64,000 bases of DNA from a virus: IMG/VR virus record IMGVR_UViG_3300043331_000728. One strand, written 5' to 3'. Below are positions 27,974 to 37,343 of this stretch, one piece after another; the stretch's first letter is position 1; each line of letters opens with the position of its first letter. Under the pieces are notes generated by a model. That model made no database searches and was not told where the DNA came from. It worked only from the letters and a program-made list of their open reading frames with translations. The translations under genes and the position numbers were made by a program.

Positions 27974-28053
27974 GGCCCTCCCTGTGACGAGCAGTTTTGG
28001 AGCGAGGCTTGTACAAATACACGTCTGCCAGTGGACGTGTCAAGGGGAATTGT

Positions 28054-28145
28054 TGGCGGTGGCGGTAGGATTCGAACCTACGGTGCCTTACGGCATCACG
28101 GAGTTAGCAACCCCGCTCCTTAAGCCTCTCGGACACACCACCGCC
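28054..28145 (-). tRNA. tRNA-Ser(GCT), long variable arm
   Basis: T arm gtagg attcgaa cctac; acceptor ggcggtg/cgccacc; AC stem cgggg/ctccg loop ttgctaa; variable arm tgcc gtaa ggca. Confidence 0.6.
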
Positions 28146-28420
28146 TAGTCGGGCTGTTCGTAGACGCACCAACAACGACAGCAATGCCCATAGCATACCT
28201 CGTGGCTGCCGTCGTGACAAGCAAGGCAAATCGGAACGGTCACCTGCACGTACTGTTGGGATTTGGGGTCACGCAGTTCACGTTCGTGATCGTGAGCAGC
28301 GTCGATCGTTAGGCATGATCCACGTGAATCGTTCGGGTCCTCTGACAGCGACAACACGCCTGCACTATGTGACCGTCCGGAATGACCATCATGATCGTGC
28401 CGCGATAGACGTGATAGCAA
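28145..28420 (-). CDS. Cys/His-rich small protein (distinct arrangement)
   Basis: ICLACHDGSHEVCYGHCCRCWC. Confidence 0.3.
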   Translation of the reverse strand: MLSRLSRHDHDGHSGRSHSAGVLSLSEDPNDSRGSCLTIDAAHDHERELRDPKSQQYVQVTVPICLACHDGSHEVCYGHCCRCWCVYEQPD

Positions 28421-28478
28421 TGCTCGTGATCAGCGCTGGTGCCAGTAAGGAAAGTGGCAAGGTCATATTGTTTGGACA

Positions 28479-28790
28479 TCAGTCAACCCACCCCCTCGAC
28501 CTTAGCAGGTCTCGGATCTCGTTCGCTTCGTGCTCCTTGAGACCACTCACGATCAGGCGCAGATAGGGTCCGGTCGTTGTCTCGAACGTCAGCGTCTTGC
28601 GAGGGGTGAGCGCGTCAGGGACGGCGAAATCGGAGCCGTCACCCTCTTGCACCTCGTTCTGCATGAATGCGGCGTGGATGCGCTCGCTCAAGGTTGTGGC
28701 GGCACGCATGCCTTGCACGAAGGCCTCCTCTGGGGTCGGGCTATCACGCCGATCAGTCATGCTGGTACACGCTGGTGACGATGGAGCCAC
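28479..28790 (-). CDS. hypothetical protein
   Basis: 103-aa ORF. Confidence 0.35.
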   Translation of the reverse strand: MAPSSPACTSMTDRRDSPTPEEAFVQGMRAATTLSERIHAAFMQNEVQEGDGSDFAVPDALTPRKTLTFETTTGPYLRLIVSGLKEHEANEIRDLLRSRGWVD

Positions 28791-29154
28791 GGGTCACGAC
28801 CACTTCCACGTGATCGTCGAAGGCGGCCAGCATCACTTCTCGCAGATCGTCATCCTGAATCTTGTCGCTCAACTCGCGGATGCCCTCGGCGCCCTCGTTC
28901 TTCTTGAGCGAATAGGCGTACTCGAACTCGTCCTCGCAGACACCCTCGATCTTGAACTCGGGCTCGTTCACACCGAACACGCAGGGATCGCCGTCGTTGA
29001 ACCACGGCGTGTACTGCGTCCAGCGCACGGCCAGCACCTTCGGGTTGCGCGAGAGCCAGCCTTCCAGCCATTCCTTGACGGCTTCCTGTGAGTTGGCCTT
29101 GAGATCGGCGCGGGCTGCGGCGAATCGTTCACGCATCGCTTCGAGCTTGCTCAT
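28753..29154 (-). CDS. hypothetical protein
   Basis: start at ATG 29154 preceded by ggagga RBS inside longer ORF. Confidence 0.4.
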   Translation of the reverse strand: MSKLEAMRERFAAARADLKANSQEAVKEWLEGWLSRNPKVLAVRWTQYTPWFNDGDPCVFGVNEPEFKIEGVCEDEFEYAYSLKKNEGAEGIRELSDKIQDDDLREVMLAAFDDHVEVVVTRGSIVTSVYQHD

Positions 29155-29216
29155 ACGTGCCCATCCTCCGTGTTTAGGACAGAAACGGCTGGTGCGGTAA
29201 TCGTCACAGTTACAAG

Positions 29217-29606
29217 TCAATCCGGCACCGTGAGATCGATCGTGCGCTGCATGCGACGGACAGGCCCGCCCAGCCACGGGTACATCGGCATACCGTCGAG
29301 GTAGTCCGAGAGGGTAGGGATCTTGCCCATGTCGTCCAGTACGTGCTGCTCGCCGATGTCTCGTACCTGCACCTTGCGGCCATCGCTGTTCACGATGTAC
29401 GTCCCGAAGAGCCGCTCGGCGAGGTAGATGCCCCACGAGTTGTGGAGCAGCGCTCGATGGCGCATGTCGGGATGGTGAGACTTCGGCTCGTCGAAGAAAT
29501 CGTGGATCTCCTGATAGTCCTCGGCCTTGCCACCAAACTTCTTGACACTGACGAGAGCGTGGAGATGTGGTTTCATCCGGTCCACCTTTCCCGACCACAG
29601 TAACAC
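29217..29606 (-). CDS. hypothetical protein
   Basis: 129-aa ORF. Confidence 0.4.
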   Translation of the reverse strand: MLLWSGKVDRMKPHLHALVSVKKFGGKAEDYQEIHDFFDEPKSHHPDMRHRALLHNSWGIYLAERLFGTYIVNSDGRKVQVRDIGEQHVLDDMGKIPTLSDYLDGMPMYPWLGGPVRRMQRTIDLTVPD

Positions 29607-29763
29607 CAGAGTCCAGAAATCGGCCAGTCATGGGAGGTGGCGGTGCATCCACCTGAGATCTTACGGATGAGGTCGCTGACACTCTGAGCGTGCTCGTACT
29701 CATTCACGCTCAGAAAGATGCCGTACGCTCGACGAAGATAGTCGATCGATTGACTGTCCTTGG

Positions 29764-29998
29764 TCACTTGATCCTCCGGGCATTGGCCTTGATTTCGCTG
29801 ACGTAGACATCGCCCATCTCACCCTCGGGCACCATCGGGGTCACCACGTCACAAAACCAACGAGCGAATTTTTTGTCGTCGTCGGCCTGCCACTTCTTGA
29901 GGACATACCACGTCCAGGATCCGTCGTGGGATTGCCAGACCTCGTAGGCGTGTTCACGATCCACGGTCTTAGCGGCGGGGTTCTTCAACGAGTCCTCC
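29764..29998 (-). CDS. hypothetical protein (TTG start after GGAGGA)
   Basis: ORF 29764..30045 but upstream codons form terminator hairpin. Confidence 0.3.
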
Positions 29999-30011
29999 TC
30001 GGAAAAAACGA

Positions 30012-30050
30012 AAAGCGCGGGCAGGGGGTGCAAACCCCCCAGCACCTACT
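30012..30050 (-). terminator. rho-independent terminator after tRNA block
   Basis: minus strand gggggtttgcaccccc hairpin then ttttcgtttttt. Confidence 0.4.
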
Positions 30051-30324
30051 CTCCCAGTCGGGTTGTTCTGCCACAAGCACTCCGGAGCCAGCGTCCCAGC
30101 TCCATCAACGTGCCTGACGGGATTTTACCCGTAAGCCGCCGCCTACTAGCCATTAGTTTTATAGGCTACCAGCGACCGCGTGCCTCCCCGTGAGCTTGCC
30201 AAATCTCACGAGTACTATCCGGCATTACCCTTCCGGTACCATCAGACCTCCCCAGGCATGGTCAGGGAGTGCCTTTCCCCCCGTAGGACGGGGTACTTGT
30301 TCAGCCACCGCGCTTCTCGAACTT

Positions 30325-30401
30325 TGGGGTGAACGACGGGAGTCGAACCCGCATATCCTTGGTTCACAACCAAGTGCCTTGACCGTTAGGCTACGTTCAC
30401 C
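30325..30401 (-). tRNA. tRNA-His(GTG) with encoded G-1
   Basis: T arm acggg agtcgaa cccgc; AC stem cttgg/ccaag loop ttgtgaa; extra 5' G (plus c30401) and discriminator C. Confidence 0.65.
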
Positions 30402-30402
30402 A

Positions 30403-30480
30403 TGGTCTGGGTAGGAGGATTTGAACCTCCGACTTCCCCCTTCCGAAGAGGGCTCGCTAACCAGGCTGCGCTATACCCAG
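30403..30480 (-). tRNA. tRNA-Pro(CGG)
   Basis: T arm ggagg atttgaa cctcc; acceptor ctgggta/tacccag; loop ttcggaa. Confidence 0.6.
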
Positions 30481-30710
30481 ACGAAAGAACAACTGGCTGG
30501 TGGGTATCTGATATTGCTTCGCGGCTAACATTCAGGGCATTTGGCAGCCACCCACTCAAAGTTGCCGTCAGAGCGCGTTCCCTGTGGTTCTCTGCCAATC
30601 CCCACAAGGTTCCCACACACGCGTAGCCTTAAGCTCCCCTGCTCTCACGCTTCGTTGACTTGCGTCTCGGCGCTACCAGCAGGCTCAACGCCCCAGCCAG
30701 ATTAAAACTA

Positions 30711-30806
30711 TGGCGGAGAGGGCAAGATTTGAACTCGCATAGCGGGGGTGCTCCCCGCCTAGCCGGTTTTCAAGACCGGAGCCTTACCAGGTTAGGCTAC
30801 CTCTCC
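30711..30806 (-). tRNA. tRNA-Ser(TGA), long variable arm
   Basis: T arm gcaag atttgaa ctcgc; acceptor ggagagg/cctctcc; AC stem ccggt/accgg loop cttgaaa; variable hairpin gcgggg agca ccccgc. Confidence 0.6.
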
Positions 30807-30823
30807 GCGTGATTCTCTTTTCA

Positions 30824-30899
30824 TGGAGGCGGCTGTGAGGATCGAACTCACCAAAAAAGGCTTTGCAGGCCCCCGCGTTCACCAGCTCGCTCAGCCGCC
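30824..30899 (-). tRNA. tRNA-Cys(GCA), tentative
   Basis: T arm gtgag gatcgaa ctcac; acceptor ggcggct/agccgcc; loop ctgcaaa. Confidence 0.5.
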
Positions 30900-30936
30900 C
30901 TAAACTCTTTGGCCTAACATCGACCGGACCCCCAGC

Positions 30937-31419
30937 CTAGCACCCCTCCGGCGTGTCGTCAACGATTTTAGCGCTTCTCTCTTTATACGCTAGGCCAGCC
31001 ATGAGCATGTGCGGTTTATTGTCAATGAAATGCATCATGTAATTACAGCGTCGACACAGGAGACCCCGGAATGCGCCAGTGTAGTGATCGTGGTCGATAA
31101 ATAACGTCCCCCGGAACGGGCATATAGCGCAATGACCGTCTTGCTGTTTCAGTGCCTCTTCGTACTCGCCAGGCTTTAATCCATATTTGTTGCGGCGCCG
31201 TCTCTCGATGGCGGCCTGTCGGTTATTTTTGTACCACGTCTTACCGACAGCTGAATTAACGCACGATTTGCATAGTCCGCGCACATACATCGGTCGATCG
31301 GTGTGGACACACTTAGCCCTGACCCTGTTGGGGTCTCGGTATAACTCGCGATGATAACAGGGCTTGCACCAGCCCTTCGCGCAACGAGGTCGTTCTGGAT
31401 GACATTTAATCTCGGTCAA
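30937..31419 (-). CDS. recombination endonuclease VII (T4 gp49-like)
   Basis: GHCAICPF...LFIDHDHYTGAFRGLLCRRCNYMMHF. Confidence 0.8.
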   Translation of the reverse strand: MTEIKCHPERPRCAKGWCKPCYHRELYRDPNRVRAKCVHTDRPMYVRGLCKSCVNSAVGKTWYKNNRQAAIERRRRNKYGLKPGEYEEALKQQDGHCAICPFRGTLFIDHDHYTGAFRGLLCRRCNYMMHFIDNKPHMLMAGLAYKERSAKIVDDTPEGC

Positions 31420-31431
31420 TTCACCAATAAA

Positions 31432-32100
31432 CTACCAGAAACGTCTCCTGACATCGAGCAGGAAGTCGTTGACGCGACCGGGTTGCGGTGTGTGGTCGCA
31501 CTCGGCGGCGGCCAGGATTACCATCGCTTCCCACGAGCTGGTGGTGTCGATCACTTCACCCTTGGTCATACGGCCCTCTCGCCAGCGCTTGAGGATGTCG
31601 TACTCGACGCCGACCTGACTCATGTCGGACAGCAGCACGCCATCTTTGAGCAGATAGTAGCCCTGAACCAGGGTGCGCAGGTAGGCCACTGCATACTTGT
31701 GGCCGCGCTGATCCTTGTCATCCAGGAACTTCTTGCGCTGGTTCTGACCGTAGCCGATGAACGAGTCGCGCACGCCGATAGGATTCCAGATGCAGGGAAA
31801 CAGGGAGCGCACTGCGTCTCCATCTGGAGAGGACGAAACTAGAGGCGCTGTAAAAACCTCCAACACTGAGGGGTTGCAGTAGAGCGCCAATTCCAGGAAG
31901 TGGCGCAACTCCCAGCTGGTGTCGTCGTCCTTCTCGCCTTTGCTCTTGTCGGCCTCGACCCAGCCTGTGTCCTTGAGGCGCGCATTCAGCGAGAGCACGC
32001 TACTGGTACGGTGCAAGAACACCCCCCGATAGTCGTAGTCACTGGTCGGAGTCGCCAGACCATGTGCCCGTGATCCCACGAGGACTTTCAGGATCTGCAT
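31432..32100 (-). CDS. polymerase-beta-like nucleotidyltransferase domain protein
   Basis: minimal NTase motif GSRAHGLATPTSDYDYRGVF (GS...DxD). Confidence 0.5.
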   Translation of the reverse strand: MQILKVLVGSRAHGLATPTSDYDYRGVFLHRTSSVLSLNARLKDTGWVEADKSKGEKDDDTSWELRHFLELALYCNPSVLEVFTAPLVSSSPDGDAVRSLFPCIWNPIGVRDSFIGYGQNQRKKFLDDKDQRGHKYAVAYLRTLVQGYYLLKDGVLLSDMSQVGVEYDILKRWREGRMTKGEVIDTTSSWEAMVILAAAECDHTPQPGRVNDFLLDVRRRFW

Positions 32101-32350
32101 AGATCGGTTCGTATCCTTTCAGGCTGTAGAGGCAGATAAAGCATGGGTGTCTGCCACCAATGTGGCCGCGAGCCTTCCTGGAGCATATGCAGCAGCGGTC
32201 GTAGGTCGTGTCCTTACAGAAGTGGCGACAGGCGTGGAGCCGCAGGAACTGCTTGCAGTCACGAAACAATATCTCTACGCTGCGGAGTCCGGCCTGCTCC
32301 TGCGTGTGATAGAACCACAGCTTGACGCCGAACCGTCTTACTCCTGGCAC
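32039..32350 (-). CDS. Cys-rich family member
   Basis: HACRHFCKDTTYDRCCICSRK...HPCFICL. Confidence 0.55.
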   Translation of the reverse strand: MPGVRRFGVKLWFYHTQEQAGLRSVEILFRDCKQFLRLHACRHFCKDTTYDRCCICSRKARGHIGGRHPCFICLYSLKGYEPIYADPESPRGITGTWSGDSDQ

Positions 32351-32571
32351 AGCTTCGGATTCTTGGTGCAGTACAGCTCGTTGCTCAGACGGTCGTGAGC
32401 GTCCTGCACGAGCCAGAGCCGACGTTGTAGCGACTCGATGTCGCTGCGCTGCCGCTCTATCTTGTTGTCCCTCATCTTTATCATATCGTCCTCAGACGAG
32501 GGGCACTTGGGTCCACCACTGCACCCGACCAGCAGGCTAGCGCAGAGACTGGCGAGCAGGCGAGTCATCAT
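32338..32571 (-). CDS. putative lipoprotein
   Basis: signal peptide with lipobox LVGCSG. Confidence 0.45.
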   Translation of the reverse strand: MMTRLLASLCASLLVGCSGGPKCPSSEDDMIKMRDNKIERQRSDIESLQRRLWLVQDAHDRLSNELYCTKNPKLCQE

Positions 32572-32788
32572 CGACGCACACTCCGACGATTACGTTTTGG
32601 TGTGAGTAGGTGTCGATGTTGATGGCTTTGCGCATTCGCTCACACTTGTCGAATGTCGCAAATGGTCCGTGAGATACCGGGAAATAGACGCCGTGCCCGT
32701 TCGAGGACCATGTGACGAACCACCATGCGCTAACCGCGAGCGCGAGCGCGCACTTCCTCCCAGCTCCACTTCTTGAGGATCGAGCCAT
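32537..32788 (-). CDS. hypothetical protein
   Basis: 83-aa ORF. Confidence 0.3.
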   Translation of the reverse strand: MARSSRSGAGRKCALALAVSAWWFVTWSSNGHGVYFPVSHGPFATFDKCERMRKAINIDTYSHQNVIVGVCVDDDSPARQSLR

Positions 32789-34121
32789 CCCGGTAGACCT
32801 CCTCCAGTAGATCTTGGCCGATGGCGCCTTGGCCCATCGTCTTGTAGCCGGTGCCGTGTCTGAGCAGCACGAGCTTGCCGCCTTTGCTGACCTTACCCGG
32901 GTCGGTCACGGGGTCCTTGAAGACCGGAATCCACTCGTCGCCCCGCTCGGCGTTGGCGATCTGGATGGCCGAGCACTTGAAGGCGAACTTCTGGGTGTCC
33001 CGGTTGACCTTCTGAAGGAGGCCACCGCCAGAGCCGAAGGCGATGTTGTCCACACTCCAGTGGCGCAGCTTCATCTCCGTCAGGATGGCGCCGATCATGT
33101 CGTAGTCGATACCGTCACCCTGAATCACTCGTACTTTGTCGTGGAGGACTCGGTAGCCTTTGGCGTTGACGGTGGTTCCGAAGGCAGCTCCCAGGATGTC
33201 GAGGACTTCGGGGACGACCACAACAGGATTACCACTGTCAGGACGAACAACGAGAACACCGTCACGAGCAATAACAGCATCCCTCAGCTCCTTGCCCCAC
33301 AGATCCTTGCAGGCCCGATAGATGTCGTAGCTGTCACTGACGACGGCCACCAGCCCTGTTGGGAACTGTTGCAGCATGTTCAGGTAGGCGTTGACCTCGT
33401 TCTCCTTGCCCCAAGAAGTGATCGTAGAGTGTTCGGCAGCCGGGATGCTGAACCCAGCCATACCAGCTCCGTAGAACTCTGTGGCTGCCTCGAAGCCGAC
33501 CATGGTGTCAGTGCCCATAAACGACACGAGGTGCGCCATGTCGCCGATGCCCGCCGACTCCACCGAGGTTGAGCCACGATCCCCGAAATCGTGGACCTTG
33601 AAGTCCACAGGCGCCCTATCGGGATCGCCAGTTTCCTTCGAGTATTGCTCGATCAACCGGTACATCTCACGGCTCTGAGTGGCGATCGTGGATGGATACC
33701 ACACCTTGGAGAGCAGAGTCTCCAGGTAATTCGTGAGCCACGGCAGCTCGGGGTCCGTGTTCTCGATGGTCATGAGAACATTGCTGGTCGGGATCACGGA
33801 GCCCTCGGGCACGGCCTTGATCGAGACCGGCAGGCGCCCCCCGTGGTTCTTGAGGATGAGCTGCCAGCCACGTTCGTTGAACAGATCGGCGGTGCCGAAG
33901 TGCTTGGCGAACCGGTCCTTGGCGTAATCGATGTGGTCCTGAGTGACCACCCGCCCTGACAGGTAGCGCATCAGGTAATACTGCAAGCCGAAGAACACGG
34001 TGTTCGGCCAGCGTCCGCCCCGGGACTCGAAGTACGAGTACACCCGCTTGGTGCCAGGTGGGTATTGCTTCCAGTGACTGATCTTGTAGCTGTCCGTCAA
34101 CATCACGATGTTGTGGTGCAT
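32730..34121 (-). CDS. nadV: nicotinamide phosphoribosyltransferase NadV/NAMPT
   Basis: N-terminal MLTDSYK, full-length (463 aa) NAMPT-like. Confidence 0.85.
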   Translation of the reverse strand: MHHNIVMLTDSYKISHWKQYPPGTKRVYSYFESRGGRWPNTVFFGLQYYLMRYLSGRVVTQDHIDYAKDRFAKHFGTADLFNERGWQLILKNHGGRLPVSIKAVPEGSVIPTSNVLMTIENTDPELPWLTNYLETLLSKVWYPSTIATQSREMYRLIEQYSKETGDPDRAPVDFKVHDFGDRGSTSVESAGIGDMAHLVSFMGTDTMVGFEAATEFYGAGMAGFSIPAAEHSTITSWGKENEVNAYLNMLQQFPTGLVAVVSDSYDIYRACKDLWGKELRDAVIARDGVLVVRPDSGNPVVVVPEVLDILGAAFGTTVNAKGYRVLHDKVRVIQGDGIDYDMIGAILTEMKLRHWSVDNIAFGSGGGLLQKVNRDTQKFAFKCSAIQIANAERGDEWIPVFKDPVTDPGKVSKGGKLVLLRHGTGYKTMGQGAIGQDLLEEVYRDGSILKKWSWEEVRARARG

Positions 34122-34469
34122 TCAGTTCTCCAGTTCCTCGTGCCGCGCGTAATTGCGCGGGTTAGGGCCATGGTAGCAGATCTGGCACAGCCCGTATCCG
34201 GCCCGATCGTAACAAAGACAGCACAGGGCAAAACCGTGCTTGCCCTGAGCCGGCGCAAGACAGAAATGGTTGCATTGCTGCAAGTGGATCTCGTTGGTCA
34301 TCACGATCCTGCCGGCCTCGGTGTATGTATCGGGTGTATACTCATGCACCCTCACCGTCAGATTCATCCCGAAATTGTTGTGCTTTGCATCGACATACTT
34401 CTTGGTGACAACACCTGTGACCCGTCGCTGGAAAGCAGCCACACCCTTGAGAATACTCCTGCGGCTCAT
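34122..34469 (-). CDS. Cys-rich family member, inserted between nadV and nadM
   Basis: QCNHFCLAPAQGKHGFALCCLCYDRAGYGLCQICYHG; ATGA-coupled start. Confidence 0.55.
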   Translation of the reverse strand: MSRRSILKGVAAFQRRVTGVVTKKYVDAKHNNFGMNLTVRVHEYTPDTYTEAGRIVMTNEIHLQQCNHFCLAPAQGKHGFALCCLCYDRAGYGLCQICYHGPNPRNYARHEELEN

Positions 34470-35347
34470 TTGCTGAGATGGCTGATGAGCGCCAGCGCGA
34501 GCGGAAGGTGATGGGGCACGATCCGTTGTGGCAGGTACTCCATACCGACCCACTCGCAAGCCACGATGTCGTCGGCTGCCTTGGGATGGCCGTACACGTA
34601 GTCGGCTACAAAGAACGCGCTCATCATTTTGTCGGTATCGTCCCGATACCGCCAGTCTGGGATGCGGAACGACCCTACATAGCGCAGGTTTCCCACTTCG
34701 AGGCCTGTCTCCTCTAACACTTCACGTTTGGCGGCATGTTCAAGGGTAAGATCCCGAACATCCACAAATCCACCGATGAATCCCCCAGACTCACGCTTGT
34801 CGTGCAACTTGCGGCACAGGAGCACGGAACCCTCTTTTTGCACGATCGCTACGTCTACCACCTGGTAGCTGATGGGGAAACGATTGTAGCAGGCCCAGAT
34901 TACGCCGTGTCGGAACGACGGGTTATTGTCCACCACTTGTCCGAGGTGATCCCGCACCTCTGTAGCGCTTGGCACCTTAACGGTCTCGATCTCGACCACT
35001 TTATAAGAACCGTGATAGTGGGGGAAGAAAGCCTGACGGCCGCCGTAGAGCGTGATATCGAAATCGGTGGGGAAGATATCCCTGACGATGCTGTCAAGCT
35101 GGGACGACCATGCTTTGTCATCCGGCATATCGTAGATCGGTGCCGTGAGAACCCGAGGGAAGTAGGTGTTCATCATCTTGGCTCGGATCTCGTAGTCCAA
35201 CGCGTTCTTGCGGCCGAGCCTGTTCGGCGCGCACCCGAGCAACACGAGCACCTTACCGTGTCGACTGGTCACCTTCTCGATCAGGTCGATGTGGCCCGGA
35301 TGTGGCTGGTCGATCTGAAACCGTCCCACGATGACGCCGACACTCAT
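34466..35347 (-). CDS. nadM: bifunctional NMN adenylyltransferase / Nudix ADP-ribose pyrophosphatase (NadM-Nudix)
   Basis: GRFQIDQPHPGH ((H/T)xGH NTase motif) plus Nudix box GGFVDVRDLTLEHAAKREVLEETGLEV. Confidence 0.8.
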   Translation of the reverse strand: MSVGVIVGRFQIDQPHPGHIDLIEKVTSRHGKVLVLLGCAPNRLGRKNALDYEIRAKMMNTYFPRVLTAPIYDMPDDKAWSSQLDSIVRDIFPTDFDITLYGGRQAFFPHYHGSYKVVEIETVKVPSATEVRDHLGQVVDNNPSFRHGVIWACYNRFPISYQVVDVAIVQKEGSVLLCRKLHDKRESGGFIGGFVDVRDLTLEHAAKREVLEETGLEVGNLRYVGSFRIPDWRYRDDTDKMMSAFFVADYVYGHPKAADDIVACEWVGMEYLPQRIVPHHLPLALALISHLSK

Positions 35348-35401
35348 GATCTTCGATCTCCACCCTGATCGCGCTGAATGTTGAAAACGATTTTTCCATG
35401 T

Positions 35402-36082
35402 TTAACACGAGCAGGAAAAAAAGGTGGCCTTCTTCTCCTCGACCTTGACGTGATAAATCGCCTCCCACGCTTCCCAGAAACGCTCCGCATGTTCTGGAAA
35501 TTCGTCCCGCCAACTCTCGGCGCCTCTTTGTACTTCATAACTCTCACTGTCGAGCCATCGCTGGGCAGCCCCCATCAGTTGCTCGACGGGGATGTGAAGC
35601 TCGGCAGCGATCTCAACCACAACGGCTCGCGCTTGCGCTTCCGTCATACTGAAATCGGGATGCGCCCATTCGTGACGCAGCGACTTGATGGAGCCTGGAT
35701 CCAGGAACATCCAGAATCGCTCCCTCGGCTGCACGGGTGCCGTCAGAAAGGGATCAACGATGCCGCTCGTCTTGGCTGCTTTGGCGCTGACCACGTTCTC
35801 CCCGGTCAGCCCGATCCGTTGACCAGGCTGCAAGGTCTCGAACGAAATCACAGGCGCCACCGCTACGTGAATGGCGTCCCGCTTCTGGTTTGTGGTGATG
35901 AGACGGCCGATGCCGATGTCAGACATGACGCCGCCATCCTTTCTTTTGGTACGGTATAGATTTGTCGGTATGAAAGGCCCAACAGATCGCGCATCGGCCG
36001 CTTCCACGACAGGAACAGCACTGGCTATGGATAACTCGACCACCGCTCGTGTACTCTTCTTGACTCCGACAGAAGTGACCAC
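35402..36082 (-). CDS. hypothetical protein
   Basis: 226-aa ORF. Confidence 0.35.
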   Translation of the reverse strand: MVTSVGVKKSTRAVVELSIASAVPVVEAADARSVGPFIPTNLYRTKRKDGGVMSDIGIGRLITTNQKRDAIHVAVAPVISFETLQPGQRIGLTGENVVSAKAAKTSGIVDPFLTAPVQPRERFWMFLDPGSIKSLRHEWAHPDFSMTEAQARAVVVEIAAELHIPVEQLMGAAQRWLDSESYEVQRGAESWRDEFPEHAERFWEAWEAIYHVKVEEKKATFFSCSC

Positions 36083-36191
36083 ACACCAGAATATGGACGT
36101 AGTTGGACTGGCTGCTCAGCGCCAGCTCGTCACCCCATCGAATGTAGCAATCGGCTGGTCCACGCGTTACATCGAACCTGATCCTCAACAC
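35919..36191 (-). CDS. Cys-rich family member
   Basis: VCGHFCRSQEEYTSGGRVIHSQCCSCRGSGRCAICW. Confidence 0.55.
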   Translation of the reverse strand: MLRIRFDVTRGPADCYIRWGDELALSSQSNYVHILVCGHFCRSQEEYTSGGRVIHSQCCSCRGSGRCAICWAFHTDKSIPYQKKGWRRHV

Positions 36192-36194
36192 GAC

Positions 36195-37343
36195 TCATTC
36201 CTTGTCCTTGATGTGAAACGTGATGCCGTGCGGTGCCACTACGTCGGACGTGATGCACCAAACCTCGTTGTGTGTGTGCGGTGTCGGCCACCCGTCGTTC
36301 GGGTAGCCATCCGTCAGCCAGACAGTGGGCAGTTCCGGCACGCGCACCTTAGCTGCGTTCAGGAACGAGGTTCCTCCACGGAACTTCTTGGCGGTTTCTA
36401 GTACCGTCCTCATGTTAGCCACTGGCACCAACGGGCTCACTTCGCCATCAAAGATGGCACACACGGAACCTTTCAGCTCGGGTGTGCGCAGGATGCAGGC
36501 GAGGAAATCGTCCAGGTCTTCCTGAGGGACCGAGCCGGAGGCATCCACGAGAAAGGCCGCTCCCTTGCCATACATGGCCGACTGGCCGGGCAACATGTGA
36601 AAGGTGCGGTTCTCTCGCCGCCATGAACGCGCTCGTTCCGTGCGCTGCTGTGTGCGGATCAGGTACTGAATAGTGCGCCGAATCCACGGCTTCGGCGGCG
36701 GAAGATTCTCGATGTCTCTCATGCCGCCGTGACCATCCCCAGCGGTCTTGGTGCGCATATCCACGGCGTCACGAAAATCCTTGTCGCCCGCACGAATATG
36801 CACAGAGGCCGAACACGCCTTAGCGTACGAGGCCCCGCTACCATCGAACTTGCCCTGTTCGAGGCTGCCGCATCCTACCAACACATGTTCTTCCGGCAAG
36901 AAATCGTAGGCTGTCTCGGGCGGCATCGGTGGAATGGTGCCACCGTACTTGCTCGTAAGCCGATCGAAGATTACGCACTGGAACGTTTCGAAGCCAGGCA
37001 CCTTCTGGATGCCCTCTTCGATGACCTTGTAATCGGCGGCTCCACACTCGTGAATCGCCGCATCTGTCACGGCATTCCATGGTCTGGGCTGTCGATCCTT
37101 GCAGCGTCCGATATGGTTCGAGATGAAGTGTGCGGCCTCGTGACGCAGGATGTGGTCCTTGGTGCGCTGGTCGGCGCCCATATAGGCATCGCCTACGACG
37201 ATGTAGAGCTTGCCTTTAAGGATGTATGTGGCAGCGGTGCGAATGTCTCGATCGTAGCGGAAGTCGTCCGCCTCGGCGAGGAAGATCCGCACCGCTGGTG
37301 TGATGTAGTCCTCATGCGGAACCTCAGCGACCAGGCGTGTCAC
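36195..37343 (-). CDS. VWA-domain protein with N-terminal HExxH metallopeptidase-like module
   Basis: HEAAHF; MIDAS LVDASGSV; partner of upstream MoxR ATPase. Confidence 0.6.
   Translation of the reverse strand: MTRLVAEVPHEDYITPAVRIFLAEADDFRYDRDIRTAATYILKGKLYIVVGDAYMGADQRTKDHILRHEAAHFISNHIGRCKDRQPRPWNAVTDAAIHECGAADYKVIEEGIQKVPGFETFQCVIFDRLTSKYGGTIPPMPPETAYDFLPEEHVLVGCGSLEQGKFDGSGASYAKACSASVHIRAGDKDFRDAVDMRTKTAGDGHGGMRDIENLPPPKPWIRRTIQYLIRTQQRTERARSWRRENRTFHMLPGQSAMYGKGAAFLVDASGSVPQEDLDDFLACILRTPELKGSVCAIFDGEVSPLVPVANMRTVLETAKKFRGGTSFLNAAKVRVPELPTVWLTDGYPNDGWPTPHTHNEVWCITSDVVAPHGITFHIKDKE

Noticed and set aside
30386-30626. ORFs 30386-30616(-) and 30402-30626(+)
   Set aside because: They lie across tRNA-Pro and structured noncoding sequence, so they are spurious.
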